Below are positions 34,440 to 45,600 of a stretch of 49,705 nucleotides of DNA, in pieces. The position numbers were made by a program, and so were the translations under genes. Source of the DNA: a virus. Taxonomy: Duplodnaviria > Caudoviricetes. The notes under the pieces were generated by a model. That model did no database searches. It was not told where the DNA came from and saw only the letters and a program-made list of their open reading frames with translations. The stretch's first letter is position 1; each line of letters opens with the position of its first letter. The stretch lies in IMG/VR virus record IMGVR_UViG_3300032225_000860, positions 1-49,705 of that record. One strand, given 5' to 3'.

Positions 34440-37063
34440 TATCTACGTCCGTCCGGTCTAATATCCATACGAGGGCTACCTAGCTGCCAAGCAACACCTA
34501 GCGTATTAGACTCAATCCTAAACGCCATCTGACGACCACGAAGTCTTGTGTAAACTTGACCAGTAAATTGCTGAATGTTGTAAGTGCCTTTAATAGAATA
34601 ATTATCGTTACTTTGTACTGTGGGATTATCTGCAACACCGTATGGAGTACCAGAGTTCTGACGTGGTTTAATTGTCATTGTTACAGACGGCTGATTAATA
34701 GTAGAACCGTTAAAGTTAACGTCAGGGAGAATACGCCATACAAATCCAAAATTGTGTCCATCACCAATATCAAAGTCAGAAGATTGAACATAAGAATCAA
34801 TAGCCCTAGCAGTCAAGCCCGAAACATCATCCACACCATTCTCGTGGTACAACAACTGCCCTGTGCCGCCAGTAATAGACATACTAGTAGAAGATACAGT
34901 TTGGTTTACGTTTAACTCGTATGTACCAGTACCGCCTGTACCAGTTATGTAGTTTGTAATTTGAGTACCTGAAGCAATCCCAGACCCAAGAATAGTAGTA
35001 TCTAAAGTAATAGTGCCAGAAGTAATATTGGTAACGGTTAGCGTAGTGCCAGAAATAGAACCAATAAATGTTGCGCTTGGGGTGTAGCTTGCCGCTACTG
35101 GATATTGTTGGATTCCAGTCTGCAACCAAGCCGTACGAGATAACGTACCATAATACCAAACACGGTCTAGATAGTTATAAATGATGTATTTGTCTACGGC
35201 TGTGCTTTGACTTGAGTTGCTAACGTAATACCACCAGACTTCGTTATACCCTTCATTAGCGCCTGCAAACACCTGATATGCTTGATTCTGATTAATATCA
35301 TCAAAAATGTATTGACGTAATGAGCATGGCAATGTCTCAACCCTACCAGAATATTGGTAGAACTTCTCTGTACCCATCCAGTAAGTTACGTTATTAACAG
35401 TAACCATAGAGTTAGGTGAAATAATAGAAATGTTGTCCATCAACACTTGGAAGCCCCAAACATACGGAGCGCCTAAATACTGCATAGAATATAAGCAAGA
35501 GTCAGTCCATACTAGAATCTCTTGGCGTGTTGCACGAGCGCCCATAATATAAGAGCCGTTAGTTAATGCAAACTCACCTGATTGGTTTGTAACATCCGGA
35601 ACCCATTGGTACTCATTATTTTGATCTGACCAGCGTACCAACATTGGATTAAAGGTGGTGTTTGGGGTTCCAGAAGTATATGGATTAGCCCCCATAGCAA
35701 TAACAAACCGCTGAATAGCCGAAGAAACTACTTGGTAAGTTGCCGTTGGAACATATGATGAAGACGCTAAGGTAGATAAAAGTTGCGCCCTTGTAGTTAC
35801 TCCAGAAGAGGCTAACCAATAATATATAGCCCCGCCACGAGGAGCAATCAACAAGTTTTGACCGTAGTTGTCGTTAGACCATAAGCGTAATTGCGAGCCA
35901 ATACCCACAGTAGCAGCAGAACCCCAAGGACGTATGCCGTATTGAGGGTACACGATAACATTAGAGCCGCCACCAACACCACCATAAGGGGCAGCAGCAG
36001 CAATAGTAATTGTGTAAGTATTAGCATCCACATAAGTAATTTGAAAGGTGCTGTTTAAAAGCGTAGCTGGTACAGGGGTTACAGTACTATGTCCAGAAAG
36101 ACCATAAGTTCCTGTACGCAATCCATAAGTACCCGTAGAAAAACCATAAACAGTTGGTACGGCTGTCACATCTATAGCACCGGCAAAAGACACCCAAACA
36201 ATAGAAGCCGTTCCAGAACCAGTACCCGCTCCAGTTGCAGTAAATATTGTCCCAACCGTATTAGCAGAAGCGCCAATAGAAGTAAAGCTAGTGGACCCTA
36301 CAGAAACAATTTTGTATTGTTGACCAACAGTAAAAGCGCCAGCAGTAGTTAAATATCCATGAGCATTTTGAGTTACCGTAACTGTAGTACTTCCCCCAGA
36401 AACAGTAAAGGGGTTTGTGCCTAATGCAACGGTGATTGTTGGCGACCATGCGCCTGCGCCCCAGCCGTTACTTGTAGTGTATACGTCATTACCTATTGGG
36501 TATTCATACTGGATTGTTACCGTGCCACCACCTGTAGCATTAGAAGAAGCGTTGCTATTAGCAGTAATTTGAAACTGTATAGTACTGAGAACTTTAGTAA
36601 CTACGTACTCACCGGAAATAGTTAAACCGCCAACAGTTGCAGTGCTAGTTAAAATTACATAATCCCCAATGTTTGGAGAAATTCCGCTAACTGTGTCTGT
36701 TACGGTTACGGTTGAAGAGCCGCTTTGCGTAGATAATGGGCTAGCACCTAAAGTAGTTGTTGTGCTGCTACTACTGTTTAAAAGCAACGGGGTAACATCA
36801 TTATATGTACCGCCTTTGGCAATATAATATTTAACGCTCGTTCCAACACCCATATAGTTGTTGCTAGACAAGTCAACCCAGTTCCATAAGGAACGGCAAA
36901 CGCCTAAAAATGTGGTGCTAGCAAACCGAATCCAACCGCCAAGTTTTTCAGGAAACCCAGAACGAAAACGAATTTTATCCCCGTCATACCAACCACCCTC
37001 GTTTGAGTAATCAGTACCTTCACGGTTTAAACCGGGGCGAAATTGTATTTTCTGTAATGGCAT
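34439..37063 (-). CDS. Podovirus tail nozzle/stabilisation protein (P22 gp10 / T7 gp12 analogue)
   Basis: Size, Trp-rich beta-propeller-like repeats (VRWSDQ, EVWWYY) and position. Confidence 0.65.
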   Translation of the reverse strand: MPLQKIQFRPGLNREGTDYSNEGGWYDGDKIRFRSGFPEKLGGWIRFASTTFLGVCRSLWNWVDLSSNNYMGVGTSVKYYIAKGGTYNDVTPLLLNSSSSTTTTLGASPLSTQSGSSTVTVTDTVSGISPNIGDYVILTSTATVGGLTISGEYVVTKVLSTIQFQITANSNASSNATGGGTVTIQYEYPIGNDVYTTSNGWGAGAWSPTITVALGTNPFTVSGGSTTVTVTQNAHGYLTTAGAFTVGQQYKIVSVGSTSFTSIGASANTVGTIFTATGAGTGSGTASIVWVSFAGAIDVTAVPTVYGFSTGTYGLRTGTYGLSGHSTVTPVPATLLNSTFQITYVDANTYTITIAAAAPYGGVGGGSNVIVYPQYGIRPWGSAATVGIGSQLRLWSNDNYGQNLLIAPRGGAIYYWLASSGVTTRAQLLSTLASSSYVPTATYQVVSSAIQRFVIAMGANPYTSGTPNTTFNPMLVRWSDQNNEYQWVPDVTNQSGEFALTNGSYIMGARATRQEILVWTDSCLYSMQYLGAPYVWGFQVLMDNISIISPNSMVTVNNVTYWMGTEKFYQYSGRVETLPCSLRQYIFDDINQNQAYQVFAGANEGYNEVWWYYVSNSSQSTAVDKYIIYNYLDRVWYYGTLSRTAWLQTGIQQYPVAASYTPSATFIGSISGTTLTVTNITSGTITLDTTILGSGIASGTQITNYITGTGGTGTYELNVNQTVSSTSMSITGGTGQLLYHENGVDDVSGLTARAIDSYVQSSDFDIGDGHNFGFVWRILPDVNFNGSTINQPSVTMTIKPRQNSGTPYGVADNPTVQSNDNYSIKGTYNIQQFTGQVYTRLRGRQMAFRIESNTLGVAWQLGSPRMDIRPDGRR

Positions 37064-37066
37064 GGT

Positions 37067-37657
37067 TTACCCTAGTGCTTGCGCTGCTTTGGTTGTTTTA
37101 GCAATTCTATCATCTAGCCCTAAAGTTCCACCATTGATTCGCTTAGTGATTTGACCATGTTCTTGTTGGTCGGCTAACTCATTTAAGCCATGTTTGTTCC
37201 AAAACCAAGCCGCAGATAACACTGCATATTTAGGCTCAATTAAAAGACTAGGCTGTCCGACTAAATCCGCGCCGATAGCATTTCCACAACGCTCATAGTT
37301 TTCACGACCGGTTAACTGGATTAAACCCCTACCATGGAAGTTCCAGCCATCATTTTCTTGGTTGTTACCAAGGCGGCCAGCGTATACCTTATTGGCTAGG
37401 GCTTGCGGGTTATGGGCAAATTTATCGGCAGTTTGTAAATCTGGAAAACGGCTAGGCCAAACCTTCATTAGAGTTTCTGGTTTGTAGTTAAGGTTTTCCT
37501 CAAGAGTCTTAAAATTACCAGATTCATGAGCGCACTGACCAATAAACGCTGCTTGACGCTTTGGTGTGTTGATGTCATATTTATCAAAGGCAGCCTGCAG
37601 TGGCTCCTCCCATTTTGGGTCAATACCTAATGTTTGTAGTGCGTTACTCAGACTCAT
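37067..37657 (-). CDS. GH19 family endolysin
   Basis: FIGQCAHESGNF, FHGRGLIQLTGRENY, SAAWFW, TKRINGG. Confidence 0.93.
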   Translation of the reverse strand: MSLSNALQTLGIDPKWEEPLQAAFDKYDINTPKRQAAFIGQCAHESGNFKTLEENLNYKPETLMKVWPSRFPDLQTADKFAHNPQALANKVYAGRLGNNQENDGWNFHGRGLIQLTGRENYERCGNAIGADLVGQPSLLIEPKYAVLSAAWFWNKHGLNELADQQEHGQITKRINGGTLGLDDRIAKTTKAAQALG

Positions 37658-37859
37658 TGTCGCTTCCTATTTTAATTCCTGTAATAAGTCCTATAAACCC
37701 ACCCACAATAGTTTGAAAGGCTGGACCAATAATTTGAAATACTTTGTCTGTATCAAAATTAGGGTCAAGTACGGCGTAACCAAACATTAAAAGCATAGCA
37801 ATAACAATAGCCACCAAAGACCATGCGGCAATAATCATAATATGTTCTTTAGAGTTCAT
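37644..37859 (-). CDS. Two-TM membrane protein (holin/antiholin candidate)
   Basis: Two hydrophobic helices. Adjacent to the endolysin. Confidence 0.55.
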   Translation of the reverse strand: MNSKEHIMIIAAWSLVAIVIAMLLMFGYAVLDPNFDTDKVFQIIGPAFQTIVGGFIGLITGIKIGSDNESE

Positions 37860-38254
37860 TTATCACCTTTTTTAGCCATTATTTTTTCAAGCGTTCTGCC
37901 ACCAAAATAAGCAGACATGATTAACATACCCCATTGCCCAAGAAGTTCTACGTAGGTTTGGGTTACATTTAAACCAAAAGCTGAGGCAGTTGCAAATATA
38001 AAATAACCAGTTAAGATGGCTATAAGCGTCATGGGGCGTATATTTTTGGATAGCCAACTATCAGATGCCAAGTCTGCTTTCCAACGGTCTGATACGTTGT
38101 TTTGCTCATTCATATCGGCTTGCAACTCAGCCAGTTGACCTTCGGCAGCTATTTTTTGTAATTCAATTTGTGCTTGTGCTTTAGCGGCAGGGTCAGGAAT
38201 TACCTTGTCAATAATCTTAAGACCAGCACCAATAATATCGTCTATACCAAACAT
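37856..38254 (-). CDS. GTA-type 3TM holin family protein
   Basis: IIDKVIPDP...SDSWLSKNIRP...YFGGRTLEK. Confidence 0.8.
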   Translation of the reverse strand: MFGIDDIIGAGLKIIDKVIPDPAAKAQAQIELQKIAAEGQLAELQADMNEQNNVSDRWKADLASDSWLSKNIRPMTLIAILTGYFIFATASAFGLNVTQTYVELLGQWGMLIMSAYFGGRTLEKIMAKKGDK

Positions 38255-38256
38255 AT

Positions 38257-38709
38257 CTATCCTTTAATACCCCAAGTAAAATACCAAGCAATTAATGCTG
38301 CAACTGCAAAACAATACATCTGAACCCGTCTTACTTCTTTTATATCATGCTGATATTCTTCGTTGTCTTTACGTTGAAGGTTTTCAATATCTAGTTTAAT
38401 CTTTAATACTGCATCCCATTCTTTAGCGCCGTACTTTTTTACAAACTCAATCTTCAATCTTGCTTCTTCGTCACTTATTTGCTTTTTATGTTTCCATGCT
38501 TCAAGCGCTTTAATTAGCGCCATTTCTTTTTTTACTTCTGCTTCTCGTCTTGCCCGTAATCGCTCTTGGGCTTGTCTTTGTGCTACATCTAATCCGTCTT
38601 TTTGTATTCCTTCAATACTTTTGGACAGCCCTTTACTAGCCTCCCGACTTGCATCTAGGCTTCCGCTAAGAGTCTTTACTCCTTCGGACAAACCAAACGG
38701 ATCTGGCAT
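38257..38709 (-). CDS. Coiled-coil protein with C-terminal TM helix
   Basis: Intact ORF in the lysis region. Confidence 0.65.
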   Translation of the reverse strand: MPDPFGLSEGVKTLSGSLDASREASKGLSKSIEGIQKDGLDVAQRQAQERLRARREAEVKKEMALIKALEAWKHKKQISDEEARLKIEFVKKYGAKEWDAVLKIKLDIENLQRKDNEEYQHDIKEVRRVQMYCFAVAALIAWYFTWGIKG

Positions 38710-38718
38710 GGCACACTT

Positions 38719-38898
38719 TTATTTCACCTTCTTTGTGGCTGGCTTTTTTGCTGCTGGTTTCTTTTTTACGGCTGGCTTTTTAGCAAGTGATTCTTCAAAC
38801 GCTGGAATCTTTGGGTCAAATTTAACTTTGCCAACCTGTACATCAATCTTAGGCATATAACCTAGCTTGTCCATAATCCATGTAAATGTAAAATTCAT
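38719..38898 (-). CDS. 59-aa protein with histone H1-like KKPA repeats (not in the ORF track)
   Basis: ...LAKKPAVKKKPAAKKPATKKVK. Fills the gap between neighbours exactly. Confidence 0.65.
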   Translation of the reverse strand: MNFTFTWIMDKLGYMPKIDVQVGKVKFDPKIPAFEESLAKKPAVKKKPAAKKPATKKVK

Positions 38899-38901
38899 AA
38901 T

Positions 38902-41492
38902 TTACTCGTAAAGAATGTTAATTGAGCCAGCATCAAATGTGTCAGGAGTTGTAGATGTAATACGAACAGTTGTTAAAGCTGAAGCTAAAGCAATATAGCC
39001 TGCATTTGTAGAACCGTTTCCACTTGCATCATTTCTCATAATAATTCCTGATTCAACCCAAGTATTACCAGTAATATTTGTTATTACACAATGACCGCTA
39101 AAATTGCTTGAAGCCGCCATGTTATTGCAGATAACAAAAGAAGAAGAAAATGCAGTTAAGTTTCCAGCGTAAGTAGCAGAACCTACATATCCTGACGAAA
39201 CAATACCGCCTGATGTTCCAAGTTGCATCCATAAATTACTTGCACCATTTGTAGAAACACCATTAAACATTACAGTAATACGTTTTACCCAACTAGGAAT
39301 GCTAGTAAAATCAATACTTGTTCCGCTTGTAGATGCTTGTGCTGTGCTAGTCATTAAAGCAGAATTTCCTACTGCTCCACTAGGAAATGTAACTCCACTT
39401 GTACCGTCAAGAACTAAAGACATAATCTATCCTTAAATAGCCACTAATTCGGCAGTAGTTGTTGCATTAGCAATAGCAGTACGACCAGCAGTTAGACTAG
39501 CTGACCAAGTAGCATCATCAGGTGTATTTTCTAAACCAGCTAATGTGTTTAATTGGCGTTTTTGGGCTTCTTCTACAGCTTTAGTATTGAATTGTGCTAA
39601 TTTAATTGCTTTAGCTTTTTCAAAGTTTACTGTGACTGTAGAACCATTTAATTCCCAAGCATCAAAGAATTGGTTGTCTGCGCCTTGTGGCAATGTGCTG
39701 CCATCAACAATAATTGCACCAGCAGGACAGTCTTTTGCTAATACTTCGTTAATAGGCAATTCGCCAGTAGGTACAGTAACACTTACATTACCGTTAGAAT
39801 TTGTATAAATAATTACTTGTGACATTTGTTTTTCCTTATCTAAATACTGCAAAATCTATACCAGAATCAGAAGTTGTTCCAGAACCGCCTAATGAAGATG
39901 GGTATGTAATTTGAATAGTTGTGCTTGAAGCTGATTTTGCATATATGCTTGCAATTAAGTCATTGTTACCAGAAGTATTGAAAGCAGTACCAACAACTCC
40001 ATAATTTGCATCTGCTAAACTATTTGTAAAAGCAAAAACATAAGTTCCTGTGCTACTTCTAGTAACGCTAGAAATATTGTAAGCGTATCTTAAAGTTGGG
40101 GCAGCACCAGCAGAGTAAGCATAACTTCCCCAAGCCTTTGCACTACCATAAATAGCATTATCCATTGCTGTGCTATTACCAGCACCGTCTTGTAGAGTAT
40201 CTGCGACTATTGTTCCTGCCATGATTTATCCTTATGAGCCTAATATTGCAATATAAATGCCAATATTATTAAGTAGAGATGTACCCCTTGATAATCCTGT
40301 TTCAAATCTACATTGTGTTGTTGTCATTGATGTTGGACCAGTATCATATTGACCGCCTACAGTTAAAACAAATCCTGATTCACCAGTATTGTAAGAAACA
40401 AGCATCCCTGTTGGAACATAATTAGCATTTGGCATTGCAGTAGTAAAAGTAACTGTATAAGTACCAGTTGATACATAAGTTACTGAACTAACATTAAACG
40501 AGTTTTTTATAGTTGCGGTACTTCCTGTATAACCATCAAAATTTACCCAAGCCTTTGCTACACCTAAATAAGCATTATTAGTGCTAAATAAGCCTGTATC
40601 TGTATTAATTGTGTTTGCTACGATTGTGCCAGCCATAATTTATCCTTAAACGATTACCCAGCGTGAGCTAGTAGGTATTGTAACGACTACGCCGGTATTG
40701 ATTGTTATTGGGCCAGCCGACATTGCATTTTTACTTGTACTAATTGTGTAGTTGCTGCTAATGGTTTGACCGTTTTCATACATTGTTCCACCAGCCACAA
40801 GACCGCCAGCAGGGGCAGTAGAAGTCCAAGTAGTACCGTTAGAGGTTAACAAATTACCTGATGTTCCGGGAGCTACAACTTGCAACGCAGAAGTGCCATT
40901 ACCCAAAAGAACATTATTAGCTGTTAATGTAGCCGCCCCCGTACCTCCGTTAGCTACTGGAAGAGTGCCTGTTACGCCTGTAGTCAGTGGTAAACCAGTA
41001 GCGTTTGTAAGTGTGCCTGATGCTGGAGTTCCAAGAATTGGTGTTACTAAAGTTGGGCTAGTACCTAAGACGTTTGCTCCAGAACCTGTTGAAGTAGTTA
41101 CGCCTGTACCGCCAGAAGTAACCGCCAGTGCATTGGTTAAAGAAACTACCTGAGAAGAACTAATTGAAACAGCATCTACACCACTAGTCTGAAGTTTCAT
41201 TGCTCCAGTAGTGTCTGTCGTTATATTTAACGATGTTGCCGCTGTTGTTCCAGCATTTAAAATTGTAGCCATATTAGGTTCCCGATGTAGAAGCTAAAAG
41301 ATAATAAACCGTGCCGCCGATATTGACAGCAATTTTATTAGTCACAGTGTTAATAACCGATGCAGACACCGCTGTAGAAGCCAAGGCATTACCAGAAACC
41401 GTTGGAAAAGTAATAGTCGGCGTACCCGCAATAGCAGGAGCAGCTAAAGTTAAAGTGCCGCTTGTATCACCAGAAATTGTAAATTGACCCAT
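38902..41492 (-). CDS. Array of small tail fibre/receptor-binding module genes (38902-39423, 39433-39825, 39836-40222, 40232-40636, 40646-41272, 41274-41492)
   Basis: Ser/Thr/Gly-rich beta proteins. Two paralogues begin MAGTIVA..AKAW. 39433-39825 resembles a fibre assembly chaperone. Confidence 0.7.
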
Positions 41493-41501
41493 GATTTATC
41501 C

Positions 41502-42599
41502 TTAAGTCTTGATAATAAAGTTAATACCGAGGTAAGGCGGCAAGTTAGCGTTCGTACCAGAAACACCAGAAGAAGCGTTGGTTGTTGCTACTGTAATTCC
41601 TGTTGTTGCAGTATTGGTATTAGCCGTTTGTGGGGTGCCTAAACCCCGTGCCATTACAGGAACGTTGCTTGTTTGAAGATTGTCATTGCTACCAGTAATT
41701 GAATGCAAGTGCCCCGGATCAGTAACAGTAGAAGTTGCTGTATGGGTATGGCTAACTACAACTGCGTCAGCAGAACCGCCTGTGGCTCCAACGGTTGTTC
41801 CATAAGGCATACGGTTGGTATAGTTCGGCACGTTAAATGTAGTAGATCCGTCACCAACACCAAAAGTTGTGCCGATTACCGCAAAAAGTGCCGCATATGT
41901 TGTTCTACTCACAGCAGCACCGGCACAAAGTAACCAGCCTGTAGGGGCTGTACCAGTACCCCACATAATCAAACCACCAGTAGGGGCGCCGTTAGATAAC
42001 ACAAAAGCCGTTGTAGCTAGTTGAGTTGTATTAGTGCCTGCCGCTGCAGTTGGAGCAGTCATTACCCCAGAAATAGAACCTGTAGTTAGTGATGTTGCTC
42101 CTGTAACCGACAAAGTACCGCCCACAGATAAGTTGCCAGTATCGGTTAGACCAGCTGCTACTAATGTGCCGTTTACTGTAAAGTTACCAGCCGAACCGGT
42201 TTGAGCAGAATATGTGTTTGTGCCGTCACAGTAAACTTGTGCAGTAACCCCGTTAGGAATAGTTACGGCAGTGCCTGAAGACCCGCCAATAGTAATAGCG
42301 TAACCGCCAGAAGTATTATTAGTAATAACGTATAGTTTATTTGCCAATGGGCAGATGATTTGCCGTATAGCTGAGTTTGTTCCAGTTACTACCAAGACTA
42401 CATTTCGTGCCTCATCGGATACCCCGTTGTAGTTTGTTAGCGTATAGTCGGCATTGCTCATTACAATGCTTTGAACACCCGTAATAGCCTGTTCTACCAA
42501 GGTGCCAAGGTTGTTATTGGTCGTAGTACCCCATGTACCGGATTGATCGCCGTTACCAATAAGCTCTAGTTTTAAAGACGGTGAGTAGGTACTTGCCAT
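41502..42599 (-). CDS. Tail fibre protein with tail-collar domain
   Basis: PTGGLIMW...APTGWLLCAGAAVSRTTYAALFAVIGTTFGVGDGSTTFNVP...NLPPYLGINFIIKT. Confidence 0.9.
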   Translation of the reverse strand: MASTYSPSLKLELIGNGDQSGTWGTTTNNNLGTLVEQAITGVQSIVMSNADYTLTNYNGVSDEARNVVLVVTGTNSAIRQIICPLANKLYVITNNTSGGYAITIGGSSGTAVTIPNGVTAQVYCDGTNTYSAQTGSAGNFTVNGTLVAAGLTDTGNLSVGGTLSVTGATSLTTGSISGVMTAPTAAAGTNTTQLATTAFVLSNGAPTGGLIMWGTGTAPTGWLLCAGAAVSRTTYAALFAVIGTTFGVGDGSTTFNVPNYTNRMPYGTTVGATGGSADAVVVSHTHTATSTVTDPGHLHSITGSNDNLQTSNVPVMARGLGTPQTANTNTATTGITVATTNASSGVSGTNANLPPYLGINFIIKT

Positions 42600-42611
42600 T
42601 GTGTATCCTTA

Positions 42612-45600
42612 TTATTGCGTGTTGTCTATATTAGTCCAAACAGGGTTTTGGTCGTCCCCAATGTTTGTCCAAGTGGTTGAATTTGCATTGTTTACGTTAT
42701 TCCAAGTTACCGTCTGTCCATTATTAACAGCCACCCAAGATGCTGAATTTGTATTATTTACCGCACCCCAAGAAACCGTCTGGTCGTCATTAATTTTAAA
42801 CCAACCGCGAGGGAACGGGATGTCCAATAATACCAAATTTTCAGTTATCTGACTAGTAAAAGATGCTATAACAGTAATTGCGTCAGCCGGTACTAGGTTT
42901 TCTGAAATTAAGGCATATTGGGTTCTTAGGGCGGTTTGGATATCTGCCGGTTGGATGTCTTCGGTTATAGCGGAATTAAAGATTTTAATAGCTACGCTGC
43001 TATCTGCAGCCGTTAACGCCTCGGTCAAAGAGCTTACAAAAGAAGCTAAAACAGACTCAACATCGGCTAAATTGGCGTTTTCTGAAATAACTGCCGTAAA
43101 GCTGGCAACCACCGACTCAGATTCCGCAACCCCAATATTCTCTAAAACTATGCTGGCAAAGTTGGCTATTACGGTCTGGGAATCGGCTAGGGTTATGGCC
43201 TCGGATATGTCTCCAAAGGCAGTACGTAAAACAATAGAAGAATCAGCTAAAGTCGCAGATTCAGTAATAGCAGAGGCAAAAGAAGTAACAACCGACTCAA
43301 TGTCCGCTAAAGTAGTATCTTCGGTAATAACTCCGGCAAATGTGGCATTGCCAACAGGGGTGTCTGCTAGAGTTAAAGGCTCTGATATGTTGCTTAAAAA
43401 AGATGCGGTTGTACTAGGGGTGTCGTTTATTGTGTAGTTTTCGGATATAGCACTAGCAAAAGCAGTTACTACAAACTCTAAATCTGCCAATGTTACTGCC
43501 TCAGAAACCGCATAAGCAAAAGTAGCTAAAACATCTTCTGAATCGTTTATCGTGTAGGGTTCAGTTATGTTGCTTAAAAAAGCTGCATTTGATGTAGGCG
43601 TGTCAGCTAGGCTTGAATTTTCTGCTATGTTGTTGGCAAAAGCGGCGGTTGTACTTGGTGTATCGGCTAGGCTTGAGTTTTCTGTAACGGTTTCGGTGTA
43701 GTCAAAGAACCAACCTGTATTATTGCCGTTATTTACAGAACTAATTGCTCGCCATGTTGCACCACCAGTAGCCGTACTGTCTTGAATAGCTAGGTAATAT
43801 GCGTTTACTGTGCCGCTACCTTTAGCAATATTTTTTGCTGTTCCTGTTGTTGTACTATTTAAAGTAACTAAATTTCCTGCTGTTCCGTTTACATTAAAAT
43901 TAGTAACCGTTGTGGTATTCGCAGTTGAAAGTATAGAAATAGTACATGGGCTTACTGTGTTTGTAAGGGTGACAATACTTGTACTAGCTGCCGAGGCACC
44001 AATAATTAATTGCTGTCCAACTCCACTAATAGTTACTTGAGGCCAAGATTGACCAGCACCACCACCGTAAAATTGCGTTGGTCCCGTAGTAGTAAATATT
44101 ATGCTAGACCCAACAATGTTAAATGTTGTGCCGCTTCCAGCCACAAAAAACCCTGATGAAGTTGAGCCTCCGGTGACTGTAATAGTGCTGTTTGTTATTG
44201 TTAATGTTTTTGTGTTTGTTCCAGTTCCGTTAAATACCGCACAAGTAATGTTTTTGCTATTGCTATTAAGCGTTCCAGCGACAAAATTAAATGTTCCGTT
44301 GCTAGTACTGGCAATTAAAGTTAAATCATCGGCAAGAACTAATACTCCTTGCTGTGTAGAAGCAACTCCCCTAGAAACTGGTGCGTCTATAGTAAGTCCG
44401 CCGCTAGTAAATGTCTGTGTTGAGGACGATGAAACGTTGCAAAACGCTATGCCGTAAATATTTGGGGTATAGCTTGCTCCTGTACTAGACGATGGAAAGG
44501 TTAAATTTCCATAAAAATATGCTGGGTTTCCAGAACTTGTTGTAGTAATTGCGCCGGTAAAACCGGTAAAGTCTACGTTGTTGTAAAAACGATTTCCAGA
44601 TACGTTAAATGTATCTGAACCCGCACTAATATTAAAATTAAGTGTATTAGTTTCTGTTGGACTATTTACTTGTGAAGTTATTATTCTTGTACCCACTGAA
44701 CCACTATACGTGCAGTTAATTAACCCCGTTCCAGTAAAAGTAAAAGGGTATAGTGTTGAGCTATTATTACTCCAAACAGTTACGTTGTTTGCAGATACAG
44801 TAATGTTTGCCGTTCCAAATAAAACAGTATGTGGCGCATTAAAAGTAGCGTTATAGTACCCAGCAGTTAAATTTTTATTGTTTAAATCTAGCGTTCCACT
44901 AGCATGGGAAAGCTGCCTTGTTGACCCCATTGTAAAAGCATCTTGTAATTGTATGCTTGTAGCTAAGTTTACAGTACCGGCTGTGGTCTGTGCTGCTGTT
45001 GTACTATTTAAGTACGATACCGTTGTGCTTGATGATGCTGTTACTGTGTAAGTTCCGTTGTACCCTAAAGGTGAAATGCCACTTACTGTAATAGTTTGCC
45101 CAACTACTGGGTAATAGCCTGTAGAAGTAAAAGTTAAAGTTGCTGTTGTTCCATCACCAGTTGCTGCTGTTGTTGTTAAAGCACGACCCATAAATATTGG
45201 ACCGTCAATTAATGTGTTGTTGGTTGTTATTTTTTGTGTTGCCGTAGTTCCAACAAACTGTAATGTATTTCCAGTAGAAGTATATGTTGTTCCTGACGGC
45301 AGTACAAAATCACCGAGCACAAACATACTGGATCCTGTAAATCCAAATGTTCCGCTAAAACCAGTTAAATCTATTGTCTGAAATGCCGCATTAGTTCCGC
45401 TAAAAGTAACTGAACCACTGCCAGCTTTTACATAAATACTAACTGCTTGATTGCTAAGAGTTCCGCCTTGTGTAAATGTTCTATTATTACCTGAACTGGA
45501 ATCTGTGGCATTGATTGTTGGTGTGCCTGTTACACTAAAACCTGTAATTGTGCTAGTAGTCCAAAGAGTTCCAGCTAAAGAACTTAAATTAATATTTCCC

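Noticed and set aside
39836-40636. Paralogous tail genes as DGR template/variable repeats
   Set aside because: No reverse transcriptase in the window, and divergence is extensive and not adenine-specific.
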